Source of the DNA: Octopus bimaculoides
Taxonomy: Eukaryota
Length of the DNA: 64,000 nucleotides
Reading direction: 5' to 3'
NCBI RefSeq assembly: GCF_001194135.2
Contig: NC_068982.1
Span: forward strand, 166,339,199-166,403,198
The notes beneath the pieces were generated by a model. It searched no databases. It was not told the DNA's origin and saw nothing but the letters and a program-made list of their open reading frames with translations. Positions 51,727-62,929 of this stretch are shown here, piece by piece (the first letter of the stretch is position 1; each line of letters begins with the position of its first letter). The position numbers and the translations under genes are program-made.

Positions 51727-53841
51727 ATGGACGACGTTCTTCCTTCGAGTTTTGATGCTATAGTGATTGGAACTGGTCTTTCAGAAAGTATCGTTGCTTC
51801 GGCTTTATCGCGAATTGGCAAAACAGTCTTACACATAGACAGGAACGCTTATTATGGCAGCCGATGGGCGTCATTCAGCTTGCGTAACCTCCAAACATGG
51901 ACATCAACACTGAAAGAAAAGGAACAGTTAAAACTGCAAAACACGTCTTGTGACATACCTGATTCTTCCGTTGATATCAACCCTCATCTTCAAGAAGGAG
52001 AATCCTTTGTACTCCTCTCGCCCCATGATGAAGGCTTTTCTAATATCCAAATGTCCTATCATCACATATCTACAAACACCACCGACGAATGTGATGCCCC
52101 AAATAATATTACAAGTAATGTAATCAAAACTGAACAGGGTCAGCCACCCTGTGATATTCATGAAGAACGATCAGAAGAGGATGATGGTATAAATAAAGCG
52201 GATGAAGACACTGGAGTGGTAGAGGAAACCGAAAATAAGAAAGAGACGTCTGAAAATAAGGAAGTGACGTCTGAAAATAAGGAAGAGACCTCTGAAAATA
52301 AGGAAGAGACCTCTGAAAATAAGCAACTTGATTCTAATTCCTTCATGGAAGCCACTACAGACAGTGCAGAACTTAAGGAAATTGAAGTATATATCACATC
52401 AGAAAAGGCGTTAGAAAATGTGACCAATAACAAGGTTACTGAAAAATGGACTGTTAAAAAGTTTGAGGACCAATGGAGACGTTTTAATTTTGATACAGCT
52501 CCCAAAGTATTATACTGTAATGGTGATATGGTTCATCTTTTGATTCAGTCTGATATTTCTCGTTATTGTGAATTCAAGCTTGTGTCACGTATTCTTACTA
52601 TTTTTCAGAATGAATTAATAAAAGTTCCCTGTTCTCGGGCTCATATTTTCAACTCCAGAGAAGTATCAATGCTTGAGAAACGAATAATGATGAAATTTGT
52701 AAAAGCCTGTTTAGAAAATAATCCTGATGAAACAATGAAAGAATTTTATGATCGTCCTTTTTCAGCATATTTAGAAGAAAAGTTTTCTCCAATTGCAAGA
52801 CATTATATTTACCATGGAATTGCAATGGCACAAAAATCTACCACAACTAAAGAAGGGATTGCTTTAGCTCAGAAGTTTTTTTCATCAGTTGGGCAGTATG
52901 GAGACATTCCTTTTATAACATCTATTTATGGGGTTGGAGAACTTCCACAGGCTTTTAGTCGTATGTGTGCCGTATGGGGTGGAATTTATTGTTTAAATTT
53001 ATCAGTTAAAGCAATAATTATTCATGAGGGAAAAGCAAAAGCTGTTATCACTTCTGATGGTAAACGAATTGAATGTGAATGGCTTATAGTAGAACCGAGT
53101 TACATTCCAGATGATATTATTGAGTCCATGGAGACCCAAATAGTGAATAGAGCCATATTAGTTACTGACAAAGCTTTACTACAATCACCTAAAGAAGAAC
53201 TGTCACTGCTGAATATTTACCCACCAGAGGATACTTCAAGGCCTGTAGTGATGCTGGAATATCCACCGTCTGCTATGGTTTGCCCTACAGGTTTATGTCT
53301 TATCCACTTCACTAGACAAGGTGAAGCTGATCCCAAAACTGAACTTGATTATGCTTGTAAATATTTGTTCAATTTTGAACCTATTGATGAGGATAAGAAA
53401 GATACAGAGAGTGCTGAAGGTGACACCCAACAAAACAATGACACTCGACCGAATGTTTTATGGTCACTTTTTTTCCAGGTAAAGAGCAAACGCAATGTCA
53501 AACTTCAACAGTCCCTACCCAATAATATTTTAGTGACCTCACAACCAGGATCTGAATTAGACTTGGATTTCTATCCAGGAGAAGCTAAACAAATATTTGA
53601 AACAATGTATCCTGGTGAAGAATTTCATCCAAAATGTCCCCATCCAGAAGACATTATTTATTGTTCTGAAGAAGACAAAGGCACTGCTAGTGACAATGAT
53701 ACTAATAAAAATGAAAGTGATAGTAGTACAACAATCTCAGAGTCTCTTTACCCCAATACAACAAGCAGTTCTACACTTGTTACTGATTCAGATACTCTTA
53801 CTACAATTGACAGTTTATCTGACATGAAACTGGATGATTGA
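51727..53841 (+). CDS. CHM: Rab escort protein (Rab geranylgeranyltransferase component A, REP1/CHM), 704 aa, single coding exon
   Basis: Uninterrupted ORF with GDI/REP motifs: FDAIVIGTGLSESIVASALSRIGKTVLHIDRNAYYG, RRFNFDTAPK, YGVGELPQAFSRMCAVWGGIYCL, C-terminal P..EDII. The long acidic insert after SCR1A distinguishes REP from RabGDI. Confidence 0.96.
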   Translation: MDDVLPSSFDAIVIGTGLSESIVASALSRIGKTVLHIDRNAYYGSRWASFSLRNLQTWTSTLKEKEQLKLQNTSCDIPDSSVDINPHLQEGESFVLLSPHDEGFSNIQMSYHHISTNTTDECDAPNNITSNVIKTEQGQPPCDIHEERSEEDDGINKADEDTGVVEETENKKETSENKEVTSENKEETSENKEETSENKQLDSNSFMEATTDSAELKEIEVYITSEKALENVTNNKVTEKWTVKKFEDQWRRFNFDTAPKVLYCNGDMVHLLIQSDISRYCEFKLVSRILTIFQNELIKVPCSRAHIFNSREVSMLEKRIMMKFVKACLENNPDETMKEFYDRPFSAYLEEKFSPIARHYIYHGIAMAQKSTTTKEGIALAQKFFSSVGQYGDIPFITSIYGVGELPQAFSRMCAVWGGIYCLNLSVKAIIIHEGKAKAVITSDGKRIECEWLIVEPSYIPDDIIESMETQIVNRAILVTDKALLQSPKEELSLLNIYPPEDTSRPVVMLEYPPSAMVCPTGLCLIHFTRQGEADPKTELDYACKYLFNFEPIDEDKKDTESAEGDTQQNNDTRPNVLWSLFFQVKSKRNVKLQQSLPNNILVTSQPGSELDLDFYPGEAKQIFETMYPGEEFHPKCPHPEDIIYCSEEDKGTASDNDTNKNESDSSTTISESLYPNTTSSSTLVTDSDTLTTIDSLSDMKLDD
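52240..52323 (+). repeat. Coding 21-bp minisatellite x4 in REP/CHM: (K/E)(E/V)TSENK
   Basis: Units at 52240-52260, 52261-52281, 52282-52302 and 52303-52323, plus a partial unit at 52222-52239. Confidence 0.95.
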
Positions 53842-56800
53842 AATAGTCTATATTGTCTTTAAAGTTAAGGAAAAGCTACATTAATTTAATCAATTTAACT
53901 ACTTCAGAATGTTTATGTCCACAACCAACCAAAACTCAATCAGCATTTTATTAGTCTTTGTTATTTTAAGAAAATTTTCTCAAAAAATTTACAGTCACTG
54001 AAATAATGGCTTCACCATTCGTGTTTCTATTCTCTATGCTAAAATTTAATCAGTATATTCTTCAATTACCTTAAGACATGTGTATTTGTGTTTATATGTG
54101 TGTGTTTGTGTGAGTGTGTAGAAGTTGAACAGAGAATTATACTGGTTAAAACCTGTAAGAAATAGAAGCATGAAAGAATAGGTGGAAGCATTCAAATACT
54201 TAACTCATCTCAAAAATATGGATATTAACTAAAACCTTGTGTGTGATATTTTACCCTTTGCCAGCTTAAACTAATTAGTCTACAACTTTGTTGATAAAAG
54301 TATGATGTATACTTTTTCTGTCTTCTGTTCTAAATTTCATAACTGTGATTATTGTGATAAAGAAAACTTAAATACATTTTAGGTGATAACATAGTCCTGT
54401 TATTATCATTGATGTCCTCACTATTTGTTTATCATTCTGTAAAAAATACTCAAATCTTCATTTTAATTCTTTCAATTTTTCCCTACTATTTATCCTGATA
54501 TAAATGCTATTTTGAGATAATGGATTTAATATTGACATTTAAAACTATTCTGAATAGAAATCAAAACATTGCCTACTCATTTAATAAAATCTTGTTGTAG
54601 TTATTCTGTGTCCATTTTTCAATTTCTTAAAGTGTATCAAACACCACTGATTGAGCAAGATGTAAACTTCCAATAAACTGGAATTACAATATAATTTATG
54701 CCTGAGATGAGTTGTTAATAAGATCATAATTTTTTGGACTGTTAAATTCATCTTTAGAGATGAATATATTGCTTTACAATATTTACAAATCCACTGTTTC
54801 AATCTGCTTGATCGTCAATCATCATCAGCTATTTTATTCTTGGGTGTGTGCATAATCCTAAACTGGATTTGAACATAAATTGTGTGAATGTTAATGTTGT
54901 TAAACAAAATTTCATCTCTAAGGATTAGGTTAATAATACAAAATATTATATCCTTAAATACAATTTCAATTCCCATTTGAAGTTATCTCTTTTCATTTAT
55001 ATCCTTTGGGAAAGCACAAACACCCATACAAGTCAAGAACTTACCATTTCCACTCCTCCATAAATACAGAGCCTTGTGCCTAATCAAAGAAATGAAAAAT
55101 TTATTGATGCAAAGTTAAAGCATTGCATTGTGAGTTCCAATTCTACTGCAGCCTTAATCCTACATGAAATAAATTATTTTCATCTCTCTTTCTCTCTCTC
55201 TCTCTCTCTCTCCTTTATAAAGTAGGTAGTTAATGTTTCAAAAAGCCATTAATCTTTAAAAACTTGCTTTTGTGGGTGGGGAAACAATTTGTGTGGAAAT
55301 GTAAGTAATGAGAGAGAGAATTATGTTTAGTCATCAACCAAACTAAAGCTGTTTCTCTGTGGATTCTGAATGATTGTACACTATTAATAACCATGTTCAA
55401 CATTCCACCTGTATGTGAAATTATTTCCTGCTGTACTGCTACCAACAGTACTCAACTTGCCTGAGTTTACAGAAAATATGAGAAAAAGTCACATAACATA
55501 TGGCAGTTGGCTTGAAAATATGTACCCCTATGATAAATAGATGTAAAATTGTGGCAGCCTGCAATTTGGAACATACATTCTCTTTTATATTGCTCTTGTG
55601 AGGACAAATGGTCTAGCAACAGACTGAAGAATGTTGTTATTGACTCGGCCTTCATTCCTTCAAATACATGTATTAGGGCTGATTCAATCTATTACATTTC
55701 CTCATCTATAAATTTGTAGACTTGTACCAAAATTTGTTTCATACAGGAAATCTATGATTTAAGAATAAGTGGTCAATGACATAAATTCAGTTAAAATCTA
55801 CATAAGAAATTACTTTATTGAAAGGTTAAAGAAGTAAATATTGTCATTTTTCTATCCTCATCATCAGATAACTGAGAGAGTATTTTGGAATGGTCCACAG
55901 AATTATCGTTTGAAAGGTGCATTGATTCAATATGGTTTGGGAGCCTTATGTCATGCATTCCCTTTTGTATATCTTGTAGTGAGTCAAAGCATGTTCTACC
56001 TTTTTGTTGTCCAACTATTTTAGTATGTACATAGTTTTTGGTGGTAGTGGTGGATGTAGATGAGAGACTAATCATAGTTTAGAATCATCCTTGAAATTTA
56101 GTCAAGCAGAATTGTATTTAGAGTGGTCAATCAACCTGTTTATTTGGCATTTGTCTGTTACATGTATGATTTTATAGACTGTTGGATTTATAGTTAGAGG
56201 ACCTATATAAGTAGAAACTGACTGAAACTATGAATTATACTCTTAACTGTCCTCAAAATACTCTTTTAAAAGATAAGAAAAAGAGTTGGCATCCAGCCAG
56301 AAAACACAGTCTTAAAATATCCTGTCCAACTTATGCCAGCATAAAAAAGAAGATATATAAAAATGCAGGTGATAATGTTTCACTGGGTAGTTGGTTCTTT
56401 GAGTTTAAGAAAACCATTTCTGTTGAGTTTTACTTAAAATAAAGTGACATTTGAAGTAGGAAAATAGACACATACATATGGTAGACAGATACAAGAATAA
56501 AATTTACTTATCAAGTATAATTCATTGATATTATTATTGCAATGAGATTCAATTTGTTTCATAATTTGAAAACAAGAAGTGACCTAAAGCTATATGACAG
56601 TGTTACTAATACAGTTACTCGTGTTGAGTATGCTGAATCAAGTCTGGGAATTCTTAGTTGGGTAAACATGGTAAACATGTTTTGTAAATCAGAACTGTAT
56701 AACTCCTGAGCTAATTATATAAGTTAATCTGAAGACGAATAGGAATGCCCATAATTATTCCAAATCTTAAAATAAAATGAGTTTAGGCATGAGTGGTGTA

Positions 56801-57048
56801 GAAAAGATAATGGTGGATTCTTTGTTGATGAGTATTCAGTTGTTTCACTAAGTTCTTGTCCATGAAACATGTTAGTAGCTGAGTATTCCACAGACATGTA
56901 TCATTTATGTAATTCTCAAGCCAATTTAGCATGTGACAATGCTTGACCTTTGAATTACAGATGGAAACCAGAAATAATGTCAAAAGCATTCTATGCAATT
57001 CTCTAACAATTCTACTAATTTGCTACCTTACCAATATAGTAACAGTAG

Positions 57049-57478
57049 GCAAGGTGGTGAGCTGGCAGAATCTTAAGCACTCTAGCGGCGAGCCGGAAGA
57101 AACATTAGCACACCGGGTGAAATGCTTAGCGGTATTTCGTCTGCCGCTATGTTCTGAGTTCAAATTCCACCGAGGTCGACTTTGCTTTTCATCCTTTCGG
57201 GGTCAATTAAATAAGTACCAGTTACGCACTGGGGTTGACATAATCGACTTAATCCGTTTGTTTGTCCCCTTGTGGGCAGTAAAGAAATAAGAATCTTAAG
57301 CACACAGGGCAAAATGCTTAGCAGCATTTATGTTCTGAATTTAAATTCCATCAAGGTCAACTTTGCCTTTCATCCTTTCGGGATTCATAAAATAAGTACC
57401 AGTTGAGTACTGGGGTCAATCTAAGTGACTATCCCCCACTCTCTAACTTGCTGGCCTTGTGCCAAAATTTGAAACCAG
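57049..57478 (+). mobile_element. Nested SINE family B: inner copy 57081-57289 inside an older outer copy
   Basis: Inner TSD agaatcttaagcac at 57067-57080 and 57290-57303. Outer TSD tatagtaacagtag at 57035-57048 and 57479-57492. Confidence 0.9.
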
Positions 57479-57863
57479 TATAGTAACAGTAGAAGAAAGA
57501 AACCAGGAAAGTGATATGGCTCAACAATAAAACAGTATTGTAAACTGCTACAGAATGAAAGCTTTATAAATAATGTTATATTTTTCTTGGGCATGAGGAT
57601 CCAATACTACTGTATTACCACTGTTTCAGCATACACTATTTAATCCATGATATCCACTTAGATTTTGACAAGTCAACAAGGAAGTAGCTTGGCTTGCTAG
57701 AAATAGCCAACCAAAATCTCCCTTAGCATCTTAAAAAAAATCAACACATTAGACAAAGTAAATATATAAAAATACAGGATGTTCACTATTAGAACACCTC
57801 ATATATTATCAACTTAGCCAACTGTTTTTTATGTAGTTTAGAATGTATATACATCAACCTGAG

Positions 57864-58226
57864 TGGAGGTGCAATGGCCCAGTGGTTAGGGCAGCGGACT
57901 CGCGGTTTCGATTCCCAGACCGGGCGTTGTGAGTGCTTATTGAGTGAAAAACACCTAAAGCTCAGCGAGGCTCCAGCAGGGGATGGTGGCGAACCCTGCT
58001 GTACTCTTCCACCTTTCACTCTTTCTTCCTGTTTCTGTTGTACCTGTATTTCAAAAGGGCCAGCCTTGTCACACCATGTCACGCTGAATATCCCCGAGAA
58101 CTATATTAAGAGTACACGTGTCTGTGGAGTGCTCAGCCAGTTGCACGTTAATTTCACGAGCAGGCTGTTCTGTTGATTGGATCAACTGGAACCCTCGACG
58201 TCATATGTGATGGAATGCCAACAAAT
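57864..58226 (+). mobile_element. tRNA-derived SINE family C
   Basis: Homologous to 12798-13180; TSD atcaacctga at 57853-57862 and 58227-58236. Confidence 0.9.
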
Positions 58227-58969
58227 ATCAACCTGAATGTTTGATCAGTACTATAGTTAAGAACGTATTAGCTCTTGGCAATAAAATTAGCAACTGTCCA
58301 GTTAAGGATTGAAATATTTCATTGTTCTGAAAAGGAGACTCAGTTTCAATGATATTGTCACTGACCAGTGTTTAGCCTTTTTTCTTTTTTTTTTTAAGTA
58401 CATTTTGAACATTTTTGTATTCATCTCAGATCAAAATATAAAATATAATTATGTCTCTTAAATGCATTTCAGGACCAATACTTGAGAGATGAATTTCCCA
58501 TATAAAGAATAATAAATAAATAAAAATTCAATGTTCAATAATGGTCACCATAGGACCAATGCTAAACTTAGGTTTCTCAAGACTTAAATCTCACCTTGCT
58601 TATCACTTAACTTTAACTGTAAGATTTAATCCCTAATTTCTAAAGTTAAATAAATTGGTCCAACCAGAATTGTCTCATCCAAGAACAATAAATCAGAGGC
58701 AATGGTTGTCAACTTATAATATTTAAAGCCTGCAAGATATTTGAAGATATTTTTAAAAACTTTGCCCAGATTTGATTATAATTAAAACATTTTCAGTGAC
58801 ATCTTACATTATCATTTGATCTGAAGCAAGATGACTCAATCTTATTTTTGATAGATTTTTAATGTGAAAATATATTTTGAAGTCTATTCATACATTTGAA
58901 ATATAATTTTAGAGGTAAGGACAATGAAATTCAATGTAGAAATGTGGGAAAATGAAGGTCCAAGTAAAT

Positions 58970-59070
58970 TTAAGAAGAGTAATAAAATGGTTTTGAATAT
59001 TGTCCTGGTTGATTCCAGTAGTTCACTGCTCTAACACGGTAATATCCTGTCACCAATGTAGAATTATTTC
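58970..59070 (-). CDS. IDUA: Alpha-L-iduronidase, terminal exon (FnIII-like C-terminus)
   Basis: Acceptor ttttttttcag|ga. Encodes (G)NNSTLVTGYYRVRAVNYWNQPGQYSKPFYYSS*, corresponding to human [22 protein letters not shown]. Upstream exons lie beyond the window. Confidence 0.9.
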
Positions 59071-59324
59071 CTGAAAAAAAATTATGAAATAAAATAAAAC
59101 TTCAGTGAAGAATCTTCACAAACAATGACATTTAGAAAATGTTACTTTCCTCTTAAGGAAAAAAATGGCCCAGATATGTAGGAAATATGGGAATAGTATG
59201 TTGTGACTGACCACAAATGTGTATGGGGAGAGGGTAATATGTTTGTGAAGAATGAGTTTGATGTGTGATAGGCAGCTATCACACAACCTGGATTCAGAAT
59301 ATGAGTTCAGGTTTAATGTCAAGG

Positions 59325-60120
59325 TCATCATCATCATCATTTAACATCCATTGTCCATGCTGGCATGCGTTGGAGAGTTTGATCAGGCTGGCATGCTGGA
59401 AGGCTGCACCAGACTCCAGTGTGATTTGGCATGGTTTTCTGCAGCTGGATGCACTTCCTAACACCAGCCACTCTGAAAGTGTAAAGGGTGCTTTTACATG
59501 CCACCAGCATGGGTGCCATTTGTGTGACACCAGGATGCCAATTTGCATGACACTAGTATCTGACACAACCGCAATTTTGCTCGGCTTGATGGGTCTTCTT
59601 CTCAAGCACAACATAATGCCAAAGATCTCAGTCATTGCCTCCATGGGGCCCAACACTCGGAAGGAACTCAGCCACTTTGCCTCTGTGAGGCCCAACGCTC
59701 GAAAGGTATTCTTGACATGCCACCAGCACAGGTGCACTTGGCTTAACAGGTCCTCTCAAGCAGAGCACATCACCAAAGATCTCGATTACTAGTCATTGCC
59801 TCTATGAGGCTCAAAGTTTGAAGATCATGTTTCACCATTTCATCCCATGTCTTCCTGGGTCTACCTCTACCACAGGTTCCCTCCACAGTTAAAGATTGGC
59901 ATTTCTTTACGCAGCTGTACTCATCCATATGCATCACATGACCATACCAGCACAGTCATCTCTCTTGCACACCACATCTGATGCCTCTTATTAACTTTTC
60001 TCTCAAGATGCTTACACTTTGTTGAACATGCACATCCAGCAAAGCATACTGACTTCATTTCTTTCAAGCCAACACATGTCCTCAGCTGTCAGAGCCCATG
60101 TTTCACTGCCATGCAGCATA
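59325..60120 (-). mobile_element. RTE LINE 3' end, variant 3' UTR
   Basis: MLHGSETWALTAEDMCWLERNE...MLCWMC; ORF-end segment duplicated in the UTR; (TGA)n tail. Confidence 0.85.
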
Positions 60121-60541
60121 GGTGAATTATGATACACTGTGGTTTTATATTTAAACATTTCTACATTCCAAAATGATCTAATGCCTATTCTCAACTGTTA
60201 GATGAAATGAAGTGACAGAGTAAAGTGTTCTGATCAAAAATACAATGAAATGCCTGCAGTGGATTTGATTCATAACCATGAATAGGTATTTCAATACTCC
60301 ATCCACTCAACCACTTTACCTTTCCTGTAACTACTTACATGAATTTCTCTAAGTTTTATTACATTAAAAATATTAAAACACTCTGACCACAGTACACATG
60401 TAACCCCATTTTCTAATGAATTTCTATACTGCACCTTGCTACAAATTTTCAGCTCAGCATACAATGTTACATCATGAGCAATGAGGATGTGACAGAGCAT
60501 GCAAGGAAGTCTCAAACCAGACTAAACTACAATTCATCCAC

Positions 60542-61515
60542 TCATCATCATCATCATCATCATCATCATGCTAGCATGGTTTGGACGATTTGACTGAGGA
60601 CTGGCAAACCAAATGGCTGCACCAGGCTCTAATCTGACCTGGCAGAGTTTCTATAGCTGGATGCCCTTCCTAACGCCAACCACTCCGAGAGGTTAGTGGG
60701 TGCTTTTACATGCCACCGGCACAAGGGCCAGTCAGGTAGTACTGGCAACAGCCACGCTCAAATGTTTTTTCACGTGCCTCCGGCACAAGTGCTAGTAAGG
60801 TGACACTCGGATGGTGCTCTTAGCGCTCCACTGGCACAGGTGCCAGTCATTGAATTTGATTCGATTTCAATTTCACTTGCCTCAACAGGTCTTCGCAAGC
60901 AGAGTTTAGTGTCCAATGGAGGAAAGGTATGCATAAGTGGGCTGGTTACACCCCTGGCATAGACCACAGGTTATGGTCTCACTTGGCTTGCCGGGTCTTC
61001 TCACGCACAGCATATTTCCAAAAGTCTCGGTCACTGGTCATTGCCTCGGTGAGGCCTAAATTTCGAAGGTCATGCTTCACCACCTCATCCCAAGTCTTCC
61101 TGGGTCTACCTCTTCCACAGGTTCCCTCAACCGCTAGGGTGTGGCACTTTTTCACACAACTATCCTCATCCATTCTCACCACATGACCATACCAGCACAG
61201 TCGTCTCTCTTGCACACCACATCTGATGCTTCTTAGGTCCAACTTTTCACTCAAGGCACTTATACTCTGTCATGTATGCACACTGACATTACACATCCAT
61301 CGGAGCATATTGGCTTCATTCCTTGTGAGCTTACACATGTCCTCAGCAGTTATAGCCCATGTTTCACTGCCATGTAGCATGGCTGTTCACACACATGCAT
61401 CATACAGTCTGCCTTTTACTCTGAGCGAGAGGCCCTTTGTCACCAGCAGAGGTAAGAGCTCTCTGAACTTTGCCCAGGCTATTCTTATTCTAGCAGCTAC
61501 ACTTTCAGCACACCC
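60542..61515 (-). mobile_element. 5'-truncated RTE LINE with complete 3' UTR and (TGA)n tail
   Basis: LDLRSIRCGVQERRLCWYGHVVRMDEDSCVKKC...GRGRPRKTWDEVVKHDLR...AVREKTRQAK*, followed by a modular 3' UTR and a catcatcat tail at 60542. Confidence 0.9.
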
Positions 61516-62232
61516 TCTCCAGCTACTGACTGAGTTGAAGAAACTATTTGGTCAATCCAAAAATTTTTCGTCAATAGCCATCAAGCTAAAAGTCTGAGCA
61601 GAGTTGAACTAGGAGTCTGTTAACTAAAAAAGTAGTCTCCACTAATTTTTTTCACTTGACTATGAGTAAATTTTTGTAACTCATTGAGCTTTTAAATGGT
61701 CACTATTGATGATTTCATCTGCATAAGCACATCAAAAAGAAATTTGTTGTCATCTCAAGATGTAAGAGATGATTTGAGCCCAGCACTACAAGCTAAATGC
61801 TATAACTCTACTACTTACAATAACAAACTGAAGCACTTTTGCATAATAATTAACAGAGTTCTACAATTTATTTCATCTCATTGTAAAATATATTGCAGTA
61901 ATGTGACAGGATCAGGATACAAAATTAATTACTTTTATATGACACAACACTTTTATACTTTTATAATTCTAACACTTACAACATCCATTCAAATACTGAA
62001 TAATATAAAGTGATTGCTGGGTTAATGAACAAAAGGATGGATGTTTATATATGGATTATATATGTGTGTGTTATATGTAAGTACAAATCAGGTACACTCC
62101 ACGCAGCACCAAACTGTATATTTTGCAATATTATGGATCAGTATCTACTCCAAGATTTCAAGCTATAAAACTTCTTGCTCTCATTGCTCATTATTAAAAT
62201 ATCTTTATGTATGTCCCAACAATTTCACTTAC

Positions 62233-62342
62233 CTGAAGGCACAAACATAAAAGAATTCACCACAGAATCTTGTTGATTAATTCGTCTGTACTGACTTTCA
62301 GTGTCTGATTTTGATAACTCTACTTCATATCGCAAGATGCAT
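62233..62342 (-). CDS. IDUA: Alpha-L-iduronidase, penultimate exon
   Basis: Acceptor aattttag|a, donor tcag|gtaagt. Encodes CILRYEVELSKSDTESQYRRINQQDSVVNSFMFVPS(G), corresponding to human [33 protein letters not shown]. Exit phase 1 joins 59070 in frame. Confidence 0.88.
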
Positions 62343-62929
62343 CTAAAATTTAAAATATACATATAACATTATAAATTACTTCAAATATTCTGGAAAGGAA
62401 AGATGAAATAATCTCCTAATTTTCAGCTTCATTTATTGATAGCATAACTAACTGAAGTTAATATTGATAGCATAACTAATTAACTGAGGGTGAATGGTTA
62501 AAATACTGAGCTACTATTCCATGTGGACATAATTTCAAAAGCTAGCTAGGGTGGGAGCTACCATCTCTTATTTTGATCATCATTATAACCATTCTAACCA
62601 GTGACTAAATTTTCTTCTCAAAGGTAATAACTAAAAATTAATATGTTTGTAAGATAAGAAGGTATGTTTCTGTTTGCTTTTTTTATATTTCATTTCTTGT
62701 TATATATCTAAAATACTTTTGGGATCCTAAACTAAATGCTGTGCCATATTTCATTTTGTCTTTGAATTTAGCGTTCAACTCTATTGGAGTTGGCTTTAAC
62801 TTTGGTCTCTCTAGTAGTGTATTCAGATCATTTGGTTAACTGTATCTACTTCATATAAATGTCTGAACTTGTGCAAAAGTTTGAAATCAACCTTGTTGTC
62901 ACCATCACCATCATCATCATTATTATTAT

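Noticed and set aside
55815-56075. 86-aa minus-strand ORF that looks like a terminal exon
   Set aside because: There is an in-frame TAA two codons upstream, no good acceptor and no recognisable homology. ORFs of this length are expected by chance, and IDUA already terminates at 58970.
22447-62342. Functional cluster (MIEAP-like, TTC1, REP and IDUA as an organelle quality-control module)
   Set aside because: These are unrelated eukaryotic genes in mixed orientations. Only the TTC1/CHM promoter sharing has sequence support.
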